From assembly GCA_000320545.1 (NCBI GenBank), contig ADNK01000771.1:1-41657 (forward strand): a DNA stretch of 41,657 bases, given 5' to 3'. This document shows, one piece after another, positions 1 to 10,970 of the stretch. Numbering within the stretch: position 1 is the first letter of the stretch; each line of letters opens with the position of its first letter. Source of the DNA: Bigelowiella natans CCMP2755. Its lineage: Eukaryota > Protista > Cercozoa. A program made the translations under genes and the position numbers. The notes under the pieces were generated by a model that saw only the letters and a list, made by a program, of their open reading frames with translations, did no database searches and had not been told where the DNA came from.

Positions 1-1092
1 AATGCTTTTTCTACCATTGTGATTCTTCTCCCTTTCTCCTACATAGTGTTAAAATATGAATAACATAATTCGCTGCATAGGCTAAGGAAGAGCAAAGGTT
101 GTTGAAAGAAGAAAAGAGACACGCAAAGGTAGTAGTACAAAACAATTAAACGAATAAATAATGCTACTTTCAAACGCTTACCAAGAAGATATATTGCCCC
201 GATCCATCATCGCCAAGGAACCAAATTATCATATTAAGAGGCTGTAGTTGAGAGGGGTGGCGAGAAGATGTCGAAATTTCCTCTCAAAATCCATCAGCAA
301 ATATAGCTACTTTTCTCTCCTCCGTGATCTTCACCATATCTTGTTACAGGAAGAGAGAAATACACTGACAAGAACGTATAATATTCGGCCACTTTCCGTG
401 GACGAGGTGGTGTTTGTAGCAATACGATGGTAACGATAACGATGTTGATAAACTACTCAATACTATTGCGCCAGGTTATCAACGCAAAGGCTTCCCAACA
501 AGCCAATATGTACGCGGTAATAGCAAACGACGTCTTATAGTGTAGGAAGATGGAGATTGAAAGAAAATATATCCTATCATTCATGCCCTCGCACACGCAA
601 AGATAGAGGGTGGGTGGGGTCGGGGGGGAGTGCGATGAAGGAGGCATGGTGTTGGGAGAGAATACAGAACCTCTAGAATTAATTGTCTGATCAATTTTTA
701 CCGTGAGGATCCTCAAAATCTTCGTTAATTAAAAGTAAAAATGATCCGTGTCGCCCATCATTACTTGATTCATCTTCTTCATTAGATGCAACTCCAGAAA
801 CAATACCAACAACAGGTGATAACGCTGCTGTTGGTAGTACAAAGGCACCTCTCCCTATTTTACGAAAAATACGATGAGCCACACTCATTTTTTTTTAAGA
901 AACAGCTATGAGGAAATAGCAATTTAATCTAGCGATGCGATCAGGATGGACGAAAATCATATGGGCATTCGCTAATATCGATATACGATCTCGCACTAAT
1001 TTGAATACTTTTGTACCTATCACACTCGTAAACACTACCGATAGCGGACCTTTGAAGTCAGAATTAGCCGACAACAAGTGACATGATCTCAT
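1..1092 (-). CDS. Hypothetical multi-exon protein, runs off the left edge (5' end uncertain)
   Basis: Phase-compatible GT-AG exons on the minus strand, e.g. 241-182 (PLNMIIWFLGDDGSGQYIFL, donor gtaagc) joined to 38-1 (EKGRRITMVEKA). Further plausible exons lie at about 540-463, 888-705 and 1092-895. No family recognised. Confidence 0.4.
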
Positions 1093-1452
1093 CTATTCCA
1101 ACTTTTGTTTCCTTTAATTCAGATGGGTCAGGGACATCATTCAGCTGCCCATTCACCTCTTAGCGGGGGGAGAAGGAGCACAAGTCGCAGATATTGAACA
1201 AAAAAATGAAACGTGATGGCTTATCTAGTATTGTTTTGATCATATGAGAAGGTACGCCAACACATTGTGCATATGCGTTTAATATGTGCGCTACATACAA
1301 TACCTGACAGCCAAATCATCGCATGGCAACATGCGAGCTATCTAGCTGTATGCAATATTCACGTGCATGCGCTCTACCGGGCCTCTGCAGCACTTGACGC
1401 CTATCATCCAGTGTAGGATCAAATGATTGCTCGCTTCGCATACAGCTATAGC

Positions 1453-1455
<3 letters not shown>

Positions 1456-1487
<32 letters not shown>
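1456..1487. repeat. (TA)14-TG-TA microsatellite abutting a repeat-family end
   Basis: Read directly; it is immediately followed by AGACGGATG at 1488. Confidence 0.9.
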
Positions 1488-1897
1488 AGACGGATGTAAT
1501 TAATCAATTAAATTTGCTCAATAGTTATCCTTATGTAGCTGTGCAATGCAGCGGCTAATATACATATACGATGTACACATATATTTTCGGCGACTGTTTT
1601 GGTGTATCGATCCGAATGCAGCAGCTGGCCTGTGCTATATGCATGGCAAAATGGCGTGGCACACGCATCGTAGCAACGCCCACAAAGAGCACTGGCCTAA
1701 GTAGCATATGCTGCACGAAAGGCCCTGGCCTGTATGTATGTGACCGTATTTTGTTCACACGCGCATGCCGCAGCTAGGCTAAGGCATGCACATATCTACA
1801 TATATGCAAACGCAACTTTGGCGCTGTAACCGCAGCTTTGCAGAGCTACAATAGGATGACGATTTCACGAATTTAACTTATTCATCACATCCGTCTC
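1488..1897. mobile_element. Degenerate element with two outward-facing copies of the GAGACGGATG-terminated repeat family (1488-1558 and about 1805-1897)
   Basis: 1488-1558 and the reverse complement of 1805-1897 both align by eye to 5776-5860 (GAGACGGATGTRATGAA...TCATCCYAATGTAGCTGTGCAA...GCGGCTACAGCGC). Confidence 0.7.
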
Positions 1898-2035
1898 ATA
1901 TGAATATTACATGCATGCAGGCACATACGCACGGTACAGATGTCTGCTGCAAATACCATGATATTTTAAAAAAAAATCTCATTTAGATTCCAGCTGCACG
2001 GTATTCCATCCACAATAAAACGCATATCGACACTC

Positions 2036-3020
2036 TTAAAATTTCGGTCCTCTGCTCCTTCCCGTATACTTGGAATTGTGTTTCGTCTGAGGCGAACAAG
2101 TGAACATTGTTACGAAGATGGCCACAATCTGTTTCACAATGCCAAACAGTTACCTTCTTCCCTGCAAGTCTAGCACTTTCTTTTTTCTTCTGGATCCACT
2201 GCCTTGACTTTACCTTCAAAATTTAGTCGTGGTAGCAGTAGTAGTAGTAGCAGTAGTAGTAGTAGTAGGTAGTGTGATGAGGAGGAGAAAGGAGGAGTAA
2301 ATCGATGGAGTGTCATTTAAATTATCATGATTAAAGGTGCAACCGGTACTCGCATCCCTTTGCCATTTCTCCTTCGTCTGCCAGTGCTGGAAAAAAAAGC
2401 AGAATTTAATTTCCGTGGCCTTCCCTCCTTCATCAAGTATGGTTTTGTCTTGCTGACCTCTTGCTACTAGTAAATAAGACCGTGTCTCCTCCCCCTCCGA
2501 CTTCTTTTCCTTCCTCTTGCATTCCTACGATGATGATTTTCCAGCATCGTAACAATGTGTGAATATAATCAAGGGAAGAAGAAAGCCATTAGGCAAGGAC
2601 TAAGAGTAGCACCTTTCGGAATCTGGACCCTTGTGTTGGGTTCCCCAGCGACAAGACATAAAAAATACCTAAAAATCTCATCGTTGACTACTCACATCAT
2701 CATTTTGAGCATGAGGGTTAAGTCGAGTTACTTCTTAGCCTTGGTGGAATTCGGATAATCAACCACAAGCCCACCCGAAAATCCAGCAGCCTGGGCCTAC
2801 AAAATGGTAGCCATCATAGACCATCCATTAGAAACTGAAACAGCCTCCTCAGAGTGTTTGCTAGTCAATTACCGCATTTGTTATCATTGTAACTTGCTGA
2901 GCATGTTCAGGATAAAATTGCATCACAGCTCGTGCTCCCTTCGTCAAACACCGGTATAAGGAGGTGAAGAATGCCTTTGATAAATAGATGTTAAGATTCT
3001 CTCCAATTTGCAGTTTCGTG

Positions 3021-3103
<83 letters not shown>

Positions 3104-3977
3104 CTGTTATTTTGTTCAAACCTTCAGTCTTTTTTTCGGCACATGATGGCTTTTGTCTGCCTGGCAAAGCCACTGAATCACACTTATGCTAAAAAAATTA
3201 TTTAATAAGATACAGCATCAGGTACAGAATCGATTTTGAACAAAACATCTGGAAACTGTATTATGTAACCTTATGCACGCATCGAAGGACCCGGGACGAA
3301 ACATCAGGCCATCTCCCTACCGAAGACAGGGATTTACGGTGTGGATTACTTTTCAAGCTGGAAGAAATCTTACAGCGTCTGCGTAGATAAGATCCCCCAT
3401 AACTTCTCTCTCTATGGCAACGCCTGTTATATATATGTGGTTTCATTTCATTCTTGTCTTGTAAAATGCTACCTATACCGTTGTAGTTACCTAACATGGC
3501 CTTGCTGATATCCAAACCTACCCAAACGTGCTCGTTCTCAGTCAAAACCTCTCCACTGAGCCCAGACCTTTTCCGGATTATTTATCGGTCAAACAAGAAC
3601 AATCGCCAATATGATCGTCGTGGTCACTACCCGCATCCGATGTCTAGAATGTGGCAGGGATGGTCCGGAAGATTCAAAAGCTCCATTGCTCTGATCGTTG
3701 GAAAAATTCATCACGACTTCACAAGATTGTTCGCTGTGCCATCTCACCTTTCCGACATTTTGCTTTGAATTTCCATCATCCGAGTACTATTTGTAGCGAT
3801 AACCACTCAGACCGGGCTTGTAAGGGGGGGGACGTGATTAGTAACCTGTAGGCGTACTTCTTCGCCTCCATTTCGTCATAGAACTATTAAGTTAAAAATT
3901 AGTACCAATATGAGATTTTGAATAGAATAATCGAATACGATGTCAGGGGGGTTTAGATGCTCGGGACGCCTGGACAT
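2036..3977 (-). CDS. BUD23: 18S rRNA (guanine-N7)-methyltransferase BUD23/WBSCR22, about 15-16 exons
   Basis: Spliced translation [13 protein letters not shown]|[13 protein letters not shown]|[13 protein letters not shown]|[20 protein letters not shown]|[25 protein letters not shown]...[19 protein letters not shown]...QFYPE...[23 protein letters not shown]...[11 protein letters not shown]...[15 protein letters not shown] at 3977, stop at 2036-2038. The exons at about 2340-2480 are uncertain. Confidence 0.95.
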
Positions 3978-4455
3978 CTTGACCGGCCCTCAGCAGGGAA
4001 GGAGGGGGGGAACGTGCTCGGCGAAATTTGGCGTTATTACCTCTCGGAGAGAAATTCAACGGCCAAGTTGCGACAGCGACATCCATATTTTGGTATTTTT
4101 CCTATCGTTTGAAATTCTATTTTTGTAATAACGACAAAGACTTTTTCTTGACGCAATGCAGGTTTCACAAGTATTTATATTTCTGAAATCGAATACGTAA
4201 TCCAGGTAATATCGAATACCAAAATCAAAAATCAATTTCAATTTCATCAAATTCCACATCATCACACGTTTACGACATGAATTTACGGCTGCATCAGGAG
4301 AAAAATGATCAGGGCTTGAAAGAAAATACATGCCATTACGTGATGCCGACATGTCAGAATATCAACCACTGTAAACCGAACAGTTTCCACTTCAAGCAGC
4401 CCCAGCCCCCACCAGTGGCAGCGAGACGCCTCAGCGCTGTTCTTCTCCACGAAGT
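3978..4455. promoter_or_regulatory. Probable bidirectional promoter region (BUD23 / WD40)
   Basis: 478 bp separate the two divergent start codons. Positional inference only. Confidence 0.4.
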
Positions 4456-5397
4456 ATGGGCTGCACTTATGGCAAGGAAGGGCCTCACTCTGTAAAATGT
4501 CTGAAGATGATGGACGGTGCTAGATTTGTGACCTTCAGTCCTGAAGGAACAATTATAGCAACAGGCCAACGAGCTGATGTTCAACTTATTCCATTTGGTC
4601 GAGATTCCAAGTTGAAACGGTCGGAAAGTTTATCTGGGCATAAAAAGATTGTAACTTGCGCAGATTTTCACCCTATGAAGAGTTACGAACTTGCAAGTGG
4701 ATCTGGGGATAATTGCATAATTATTTGGGATGTGTCCAATGGACAACCTAAAAGAAAGATGATTGGACATGGACAATGGGTTTCCGCTGTAAAGTATTCG
4801 CATGAAGGGGATCGGCTGGCCTCTGCTTCGTGGGATAACTTTTGTCGGGTTTGGAACGTGGTTGACGGAACTTGCATGTTCGCGCTTTCGGGTCACACTG
4901 ATCATGTCCGTTCCATCGCGTTTTCTCCAGACAGTTCCTATCTTTTAACTGGCGCTGAGGATAGCAAATGCATTCTTTGGTCTTCGAAGGATGGAAAACT
5001 GAAGAGGACTTTTAAGCAACAACACAGTTCAGATGTGCTATGCTGCTGTTTTTCACCTTTGGGCAAGATTGCGGCCAGTTCCTCACAGGATAATACCATA
5101 CGTATTTGGAGCGTTGAGACAGGAAAATGCACGAAGACCTTACGTGGACACTCGAGCATGGTCAGAAACATCGCATTCTCCCCTGATGGACTTTCTCTGG
5201 CTTCCGCCAGTGATGATTACACAATCCGCGTTTGGAATACTAAAGATTGGACTCAACCATCGATAATAATCCGAACAAGTACCGTCAATGAGTACGTTAA
5301 GTATTCACCGGACGGAAAAACACTAGCATCTATTTCTGGAACTGACCAAGTTCGTTTATGGACCGCTCCGAAACCAATTGATTACTCAACCGTTTGA
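4456..5397 (+). CDS. WD40-repeat beta-propeller protein, single exon, 313 aa
   Basis: About 7 canonical GH...WD-type repeats (e.g. LSGHKKIVTCADFHP...LASGSGDNCIIIWD; LRGHSSMVRNIAFSPDGLSLASASDDYTIRVWN). The N-terminus is MGCTYGK. Confidence 0.92.
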   Translation: MGCTYGKEGPHSVKCLKMMDGARFVTFSPEGTIIATGQRADVQLIPFGRDSKLKRSESLSGHKKIVTCADFHPMKSYELASGSGDNCIIIWDVSNGQPKRKMIGHGQWVSAVKYSHEGDRLASASWDNFCRVWNVVDGTCMFALSGHTDHVRSIAFSPDSSYLLTGAEDSKCILWSSKDGKLKRTFKQQHSSDVLCCCFSPLGKIAASSSQDNTIRIWSVETGKCTKTLRGHSSMVRNIAFSPDGLSLASASDDYTIRVWNTKDWTQPSIIIRTSTVNEYVKYSPDGKTLASISGTDQVRLWTAPKPIDYSTV

Positions 5398-5775
5398 ATG
5401 TCTTCTTAAAGTTCCAACACCATAATCATTTGAAGATCGAATCTTTTTCGAGAAGTTATCGTACGGGAATGCGGTGTTGTTTGTGGGTATGTATGACTCA
5501 CATGCGCGTGGTAGTGATGAGGGTACATTAGAGTACTAAGTTTCTATTCTACAATACGCCATGCAAGCGAATTAACTATATCGTTACACACATTCATGTG
5601 GTACGTACACGCAGCCGTATACATGCGTCTACCGCAGCATGTGCATTGGCAGCAGTAGGCTTTTGCTAATTTATTCGTACATTAGTAGGCACGGGTGATG
5701 TACATTTCTTTTCTTGACATTTAGATTTTTATTGTAGACATAGCAATGCACACACACACACACATGTATGTGTAG

Positions 5776-6890
5776 GAGACGGATGTGATGAAATGTTCAA
5801 ATTTTTTCAATGGTCATCCCAATGTAGCTGTGCAATGCAGCGGCTACAGCGCTTAAATTGTGTCTGTTTGTTTCCTTGGTCACGTGTTGCATGCATGAAA
5901 ATGCATCGTGATTTGGTCTAGCATGTCGCGCATTGCGCGCAGCTTTGCGACTTGTTTTTTCTGCAGTTGTGAGATGCGCAGTCTCATCGTTGCGATCCAT
6001 GCTCAGAGTGTCCTTGCACCGCCGACTCAGTTTGATCACGACCAAATTGCTTGGAGCGGAACACCCTGCAACACGTGCTGCAAGCAATGTTGGAAGAATA
6101 GGCGCGGGTGGCACAGTGGCGGCAGGCACAAGCAGCGATGTGCTGCGACTTGCGTGTCGCAGGCACAGAACTCGCCTGCACTTGCAGCCTCTTGCTGCGT
6201 GCTCATCGCAGCCTGCAAACGCCCGCAGATCTCTCTGCCGTTGCAGCTGGCTGCTCAAGCAAGCACTTCGCGCGCTGAGTGCAAAGCACTCCAACAAGCA
6301 AGACACCAAAAAATGAATTGAACGCACACAACAATGAAACGATCATGCGGATCGCTGCATCCAACTTCAAAACAAACTGGTGCCAAGAGGGAACAAAGGC
6401 CATGCATTTGAAGAAACTTGGTTTCATGCCTGGCTCTCGCACAACAGGAATCACATTGAAGCTGCCAAGCATTGCCACATCATGGATGCGCGCCATCTGT
6501 GGTGTTGGCAACCTTGGAACTTTTTTGCTGTCCAGAGGACAACGCACAAAATTGGAAGCAATGTGCGACACATGCAACACATGCCAAGACATTGTGGACC
6601 ACATTCTGCAATGCAGAAAATGCGGACCACAGAGACTCAGAATCAACAAACAACTGACGGCCATCGTGGATCGCGACGATGAGACTGCGCGTCTCACAAC
6701 CGCAGAAAAAGCAACTCGCAAAGCTGCGCGCAAAGCACGACATGCTGGACCAAATCATGATGCATTTTCATGCATGCAACACGTGACCAAGGAAACAAAC
6801 AGACACAATTTGAGCGCTGTGGCCGCTGCATTGCACAGCTGCATTGGGATGACCATTGAAAAAATTTGAACATTTCATTGCATCCGTCTC
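5776..6890. mobile_element. Transposon relic with about 225-bp inverted arms (5776-6000 / 6666-6890), containing the 3' end of a non-LTR (LINE-like) ORF; almost no TpA
   Basis: The arms align without gaps, with 15 mismatches in 225 bp (hand count). Both ends read GAGACGGATG inward. The internal plus-strand frame carries a CCHC knuckle. Confidence 0.8.
6279..6869 (+). pseudogene. C-terminal fragment of a non-LTR retrotransposon ORF2 (CCHC zinc-knuckle region), hypermutated
   Basis: WMRAICGVGNLGTFLLSRGQRTKLEAMCDTCNTCQDIVDHILQCRKCGPQR resembles the LINE post-RT motif (RLRTGHxxLxxYLxRIG...CxxC-x7-8-HxxxxCxxY). There is no Tyr in 196 aa. Confidence 0.55.
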
Positions 6891-7361
6891 ATGCATGTGT
6901 GACGTGTGCCAACATCACATTGTCCATCATTTTCATGACTCGACCACGTCACATGGCAGCCGGCGCCAATGTGCGCTCACATGGTTGCGATGCTGATTGA
7001 CAATGAACATGCGGCGGCCGCCAGCATGTAGCTGCGGTGTCGTGCCACGATGCACTGGTTGATTGCCATCCAAAAGGACTCATGCATGTGCCGCATTGCA
7101 GAAAACATGTTCATGCAACCATGTCATGTGACCATGTTCACTCGAAGAAAGAAGCAAGCAAAACATGTGTCGTTTTCTGAGTCGTTGCTTACAATTTTGA
7201 AATTTGCAACAGCCATGCATGCAAGTCGTGCTAGTATGCGTACAACATGTTTACGTTATTGGGATGCGATGTAAATGAAAACGAAGCAAATATTTAGGCC
7301 ATATAGCACAGTTATGATGCAAGAGGCCTTGCAGGAACTATATTTATTACCCTCTTCATAT

Positions 7362-8267
7362 CTAGACTATAAACTCGCAAGCAAGAAACATGTGATCGGA
7401 AGGATAAAATTTACCATCAAATTTTGCATACTCCTCAGGGTTCACTAATTCCTTTGGAATGCTCCATGATTCAGTTCCCCATATGTGCGCATTGTCCGGT
7501 TGTAGGCTAAATTATAAGTATACAGAGTGCATGCAGTAAGAGGGTATGCAGCAGCAGCAGCAGCGTCTACACAGTCAGTTGGGCTTATTGTGAGGTCATT
7601 ACCCCTGTGAAAAAATGTAGTCTATTCGTGACTTTGGTGTCCAAGAGCTGAAAGTCCATCCTACACGGAAACCAGCAAGCTTAAGATAACGAGTTTGATT
7701 ATTCTGGATTGTAAACGACATATATGTGTGCATATTGCTTTGTGACGCAGTGCCCAGCAATTACACACACACACACACACACAACACACATACACATACA
7801 CAGTAACACACATACGTGATAAGTTACTACCAGCTTCAGAGGGGTTCAAGGATCGCCAGCAATCCTTGGTTTCAACATCAGTCACATATAGTTTATAGCA
7901 ATAATTTCAATACAAATCAGACCATGTATAGGAAAACTTATAAGTGCATTCCGCGAATAACTTCCAGCGCCTCAACCGACGCGATCGATGGCTTGCTATG
8001 TTTTTGTGTGAGTTATATAAAACGCCCCCCCCCCCCAAGGGAGCGGGGCCATCTTCACGAAGATGACGGTTCGGAGCACTGTCGCTGAGTGATTGATGAT
8101 TCACACCTTGAAGCCATGGCGTTGAATGAACAACGGGTCTTCCTGCTCTAAGACTGCATTAAAATCTCCAACCAATACCTGCAATCAGTCATTATCTCTT
8201 CCCAATCAGGCATCTGAAAGAGGTCAATCGTATTGCGACAGACACCCCTCTACCTACTCACCCATCC

Positions 8268-8302
<35 letters not shown>

Positions 8303-8940
8303 CACATCACATATATTTATGGAGCACTAAAGCAACAAGCACCCCCCTTTCTGTACCACCTTTGGGCCATCAAAGCTCTTGACGTACTTGGCGATTTCTT
8401 CCAATGTCCTATAATGTGAGAATACATAAGCCGTGTAGCATTCGCTTACTCGCCCTCTCCTCCTCCTCCTTCTTCTCCTCTCCTCCTCCTCCCTCTCATA
8501 TCTTATAGCGTGGAGGAGACCTTGTTCTTGCAGACAGAGAGAGGGAGAGATGGGTCACGAACGCATGGACATCCCCGATCGGAGAGGCCACCACTGCGTG
8601 CAGAACGACTCTCTGATGAAAATCAGCTTGGTCCAAAATGTCCCTCGTGAGCTAAAGAGGGGAAGGAGGGAGGAGGAGGGAGCCATGAGTTGAATTTAAC
8701 ATTCGGGAGAATAGTAGTATTAGTAGTCGCAGCAATAGCAGCAGTAGCAGTGACAGTAGTAAGTAGAAGTAAATATGCCTGAGAATGACAGCACAACCCC
8801 ATATGAATCAATCACACCTCGAGGTAATCTGTTGCAAGGATCGGATATCGAGAGAATATGGCCAAACCCTACATCATTTGGTGGTGGTGGTGACGGTGGT
8901 AAGATGTGTGTAACACATCCATCCCGTTGTAGTAGTGGTA

Positions 8941-8987
<47 letters not shown>

Positions 8988-9203
8988 TGTTGTTGTCAGA
9001 CAGAACAAGAGCACCAATATCGGGTGGTTGATAAGGTCATTCGTCATGCTTACCAAAACATGATTTGCAAATTTAGGAGAAGGAGGAGGAGGAGGAGGGG
9101 ATGATCATTCTTCTTCTTGTTCTTACTTCCTGATGCAATTCGTTGCCTTGATCGAAGAACATCGCTGGTTCAAAGACAAACTGAAATCTAGAGAAAAGAG
9201 AGG

Positions 9204-9247
<44 letters not shown>

Positions 9248-10934
9248 AGCAAAACATGTTAAAGGCGAGCACCGCAACGCGTAGGGGTGAATGGACTGGT
9301 AGTAATAATACACTATCCTCTTAATTATTGCGGTATACGATCATATATGCCTCCTCTTTCTCTTCTAATCAAGCTAAAACTCTGCACTTAACAATAATTA
9401 TAATAATAATACTAACAATAATAATCCATTTGATACAATACATCCACGCATTATCTATCTATGCACAGCAGACTACTACTACTACCCTGGCAGCATTTTC
9501 CGCAGGTCCTCCACCTGGTGCTTCCCGAGGAGGAGCGTCTCTGGCGACGATGTGGATGATGATGATGATGATGATGATGACGATGGTTCAGCCATACCCA
9601 GAGAGGAAGATGACCACGGATACTTCACCGATCGCACTTCCTGCACGCCAGGGAGGAGGAAGAGAAGAAGACCACGACGACGATGAGGAAGGAGGAAGGA
9701 GGAAATAACAAAACATCTCTTAGTCAGGGAACTCAGAGTCAGGAAATGCTGTCTCTAGCTGCCGACATTTGTGCACTTGTTCAAGTATTTATGAGCTGGT
9801 TATAACTCGAATTATCGGTGCTGCTGCTGCTGCTGCTGTTTTCGAATACTTTATACTCGTATGATGTTTATGCATAAAGTCACTAGAACAGCAATAAGTC
9901 ACAGTAACAGTAATAGTAGCAGTAGTAATAATAATTATAATAATAGTAAAGATAGCAACGACCTGGAACCCGATAATATCTGGGAGAATTTTACCGAACT
10001 CCTTCTTGAGCAATGGTATTCTGATGGGTGTCGTTGTCGTCATCGTCGTCAATTTCATTGATACGCAACAATTTGCAAGACTCCTCTATTATAAAGTACT
10101 GCACATGGTGCGCTTTTTTTGGTGTTCGTTCATCAAAGACGACCTTAGCTTCCAGTGATTAAAGTTCCATATATTCGCACTTACGACACTGATCGTCTTG
10201 TGGCTACTTTTCTGCTCATTGAGAAGTCGTTGGAGTAGTAGAGGAAAGAAGTAGTATTAGAAGCCGCAGTCATTCAAACCCACGCCTCAGAGACACAAGC
10301 AGCCGCGCAATTACAGCCTACCTTTTCCTCTTCCATCGAAAGTTGATGAGCGACATTCACTCCAGGCACGTAGAACTAAATAATTTGCGGTAGGTATTCA
10401 TTATTCTGTAACGTAACCTCGATGATGCATCCATTCACAGAATACAGCTTTTTAGAATAAATGGCCGGCTTATTACTTCTACTTACTACAACTACTACTC
10501 ACGTATACTCACTACCACTCACTACTTTTACCTTCACGAGCGACATGAAGCCGTTTGAATCTTTAGCTATTTCTGATCTTACCTGTGGATCACGACGACG
10601 ACCGATAGTTTATATTCACATGTCCTGTGTCATCATCATCATCATATTATGCAGGAGGAGAGAACCACGTACCGTCAATTCCCTGTCTTGTCCAGGAACA
10701 TCATATGTTATATTTAGCTTGATACGCGTCTCCACGATCTGTATAGGAATCTCTCAGTTGTTCGTACACTAAGAATGGTGGTTTATTTAAACAACAGCAG
10801 CCGCCGCTCTCTTGGCCATACTAAATGCTTTTTTATTTTTTGTGTTTTCCCTCTTAGAGTTACCTTCTCTTCTCTTACATTGAAGTCCGTTTTAGCGCGC
10901 ACAATGCGATACTAAATTTGTTTTTTGGTATATT

Positions 10935-10970
<36 letters not shown>

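Noticed and set aside
3025-3101. (AT)n followed by (TG)n in a BUD23 intron as a converted TA tract
   Set aside because: The two tracts are out of phase at 3070-3071 (ATTG) and are pure blocks, so this is an ordinary compound microsatellite.
5797-6869. Eight or more overlapping ORFs on both strands as a compact multi-gene system
   Set aside because: Loss of TpA removes TAA and TAG stops in every frame. Only the 6279-6869 frame shows a recognisable motif.
5776-6890. Classical fungal RIP (CpA->TpA)
   Set aside because: The direction is opposite: three-way sites (TG/CA/TA) and Tyr->Cys/His changes at conserved-looking positions need TA as the ancestor.
5776-6890. Diversity-generating retroelement (adenine-specific template/variable repeats)
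   Set aside because: Changes are transitions on both strands confined to YR dinucleotides, not A->N on one strand. There is no RT gene or target gene, and the context is eukaryotic.
5776-6890. Mutator-like DNA transposon (long TIRs starting GAGA)
   Set aside because: No 9-bp TSD or transposase is visible, and the arm itself encodes a LINE-like C-terminus. Not fully excluded.
5776-7190. CpG-methylation decay as the cause of the CA/TG excess
   Set aside because: CpG is plentiful in the island (GCGCGC, CGCG), and CpG decay does not eliminate TpA.
8775-10061. Poly-Ser/Thr/Met/Ile ORFs (also 31772-32181 and 39687-40873)
   Set aside because: These are translations of intronic microsatellites inside the EEP, methyltransferase and lipase genes.
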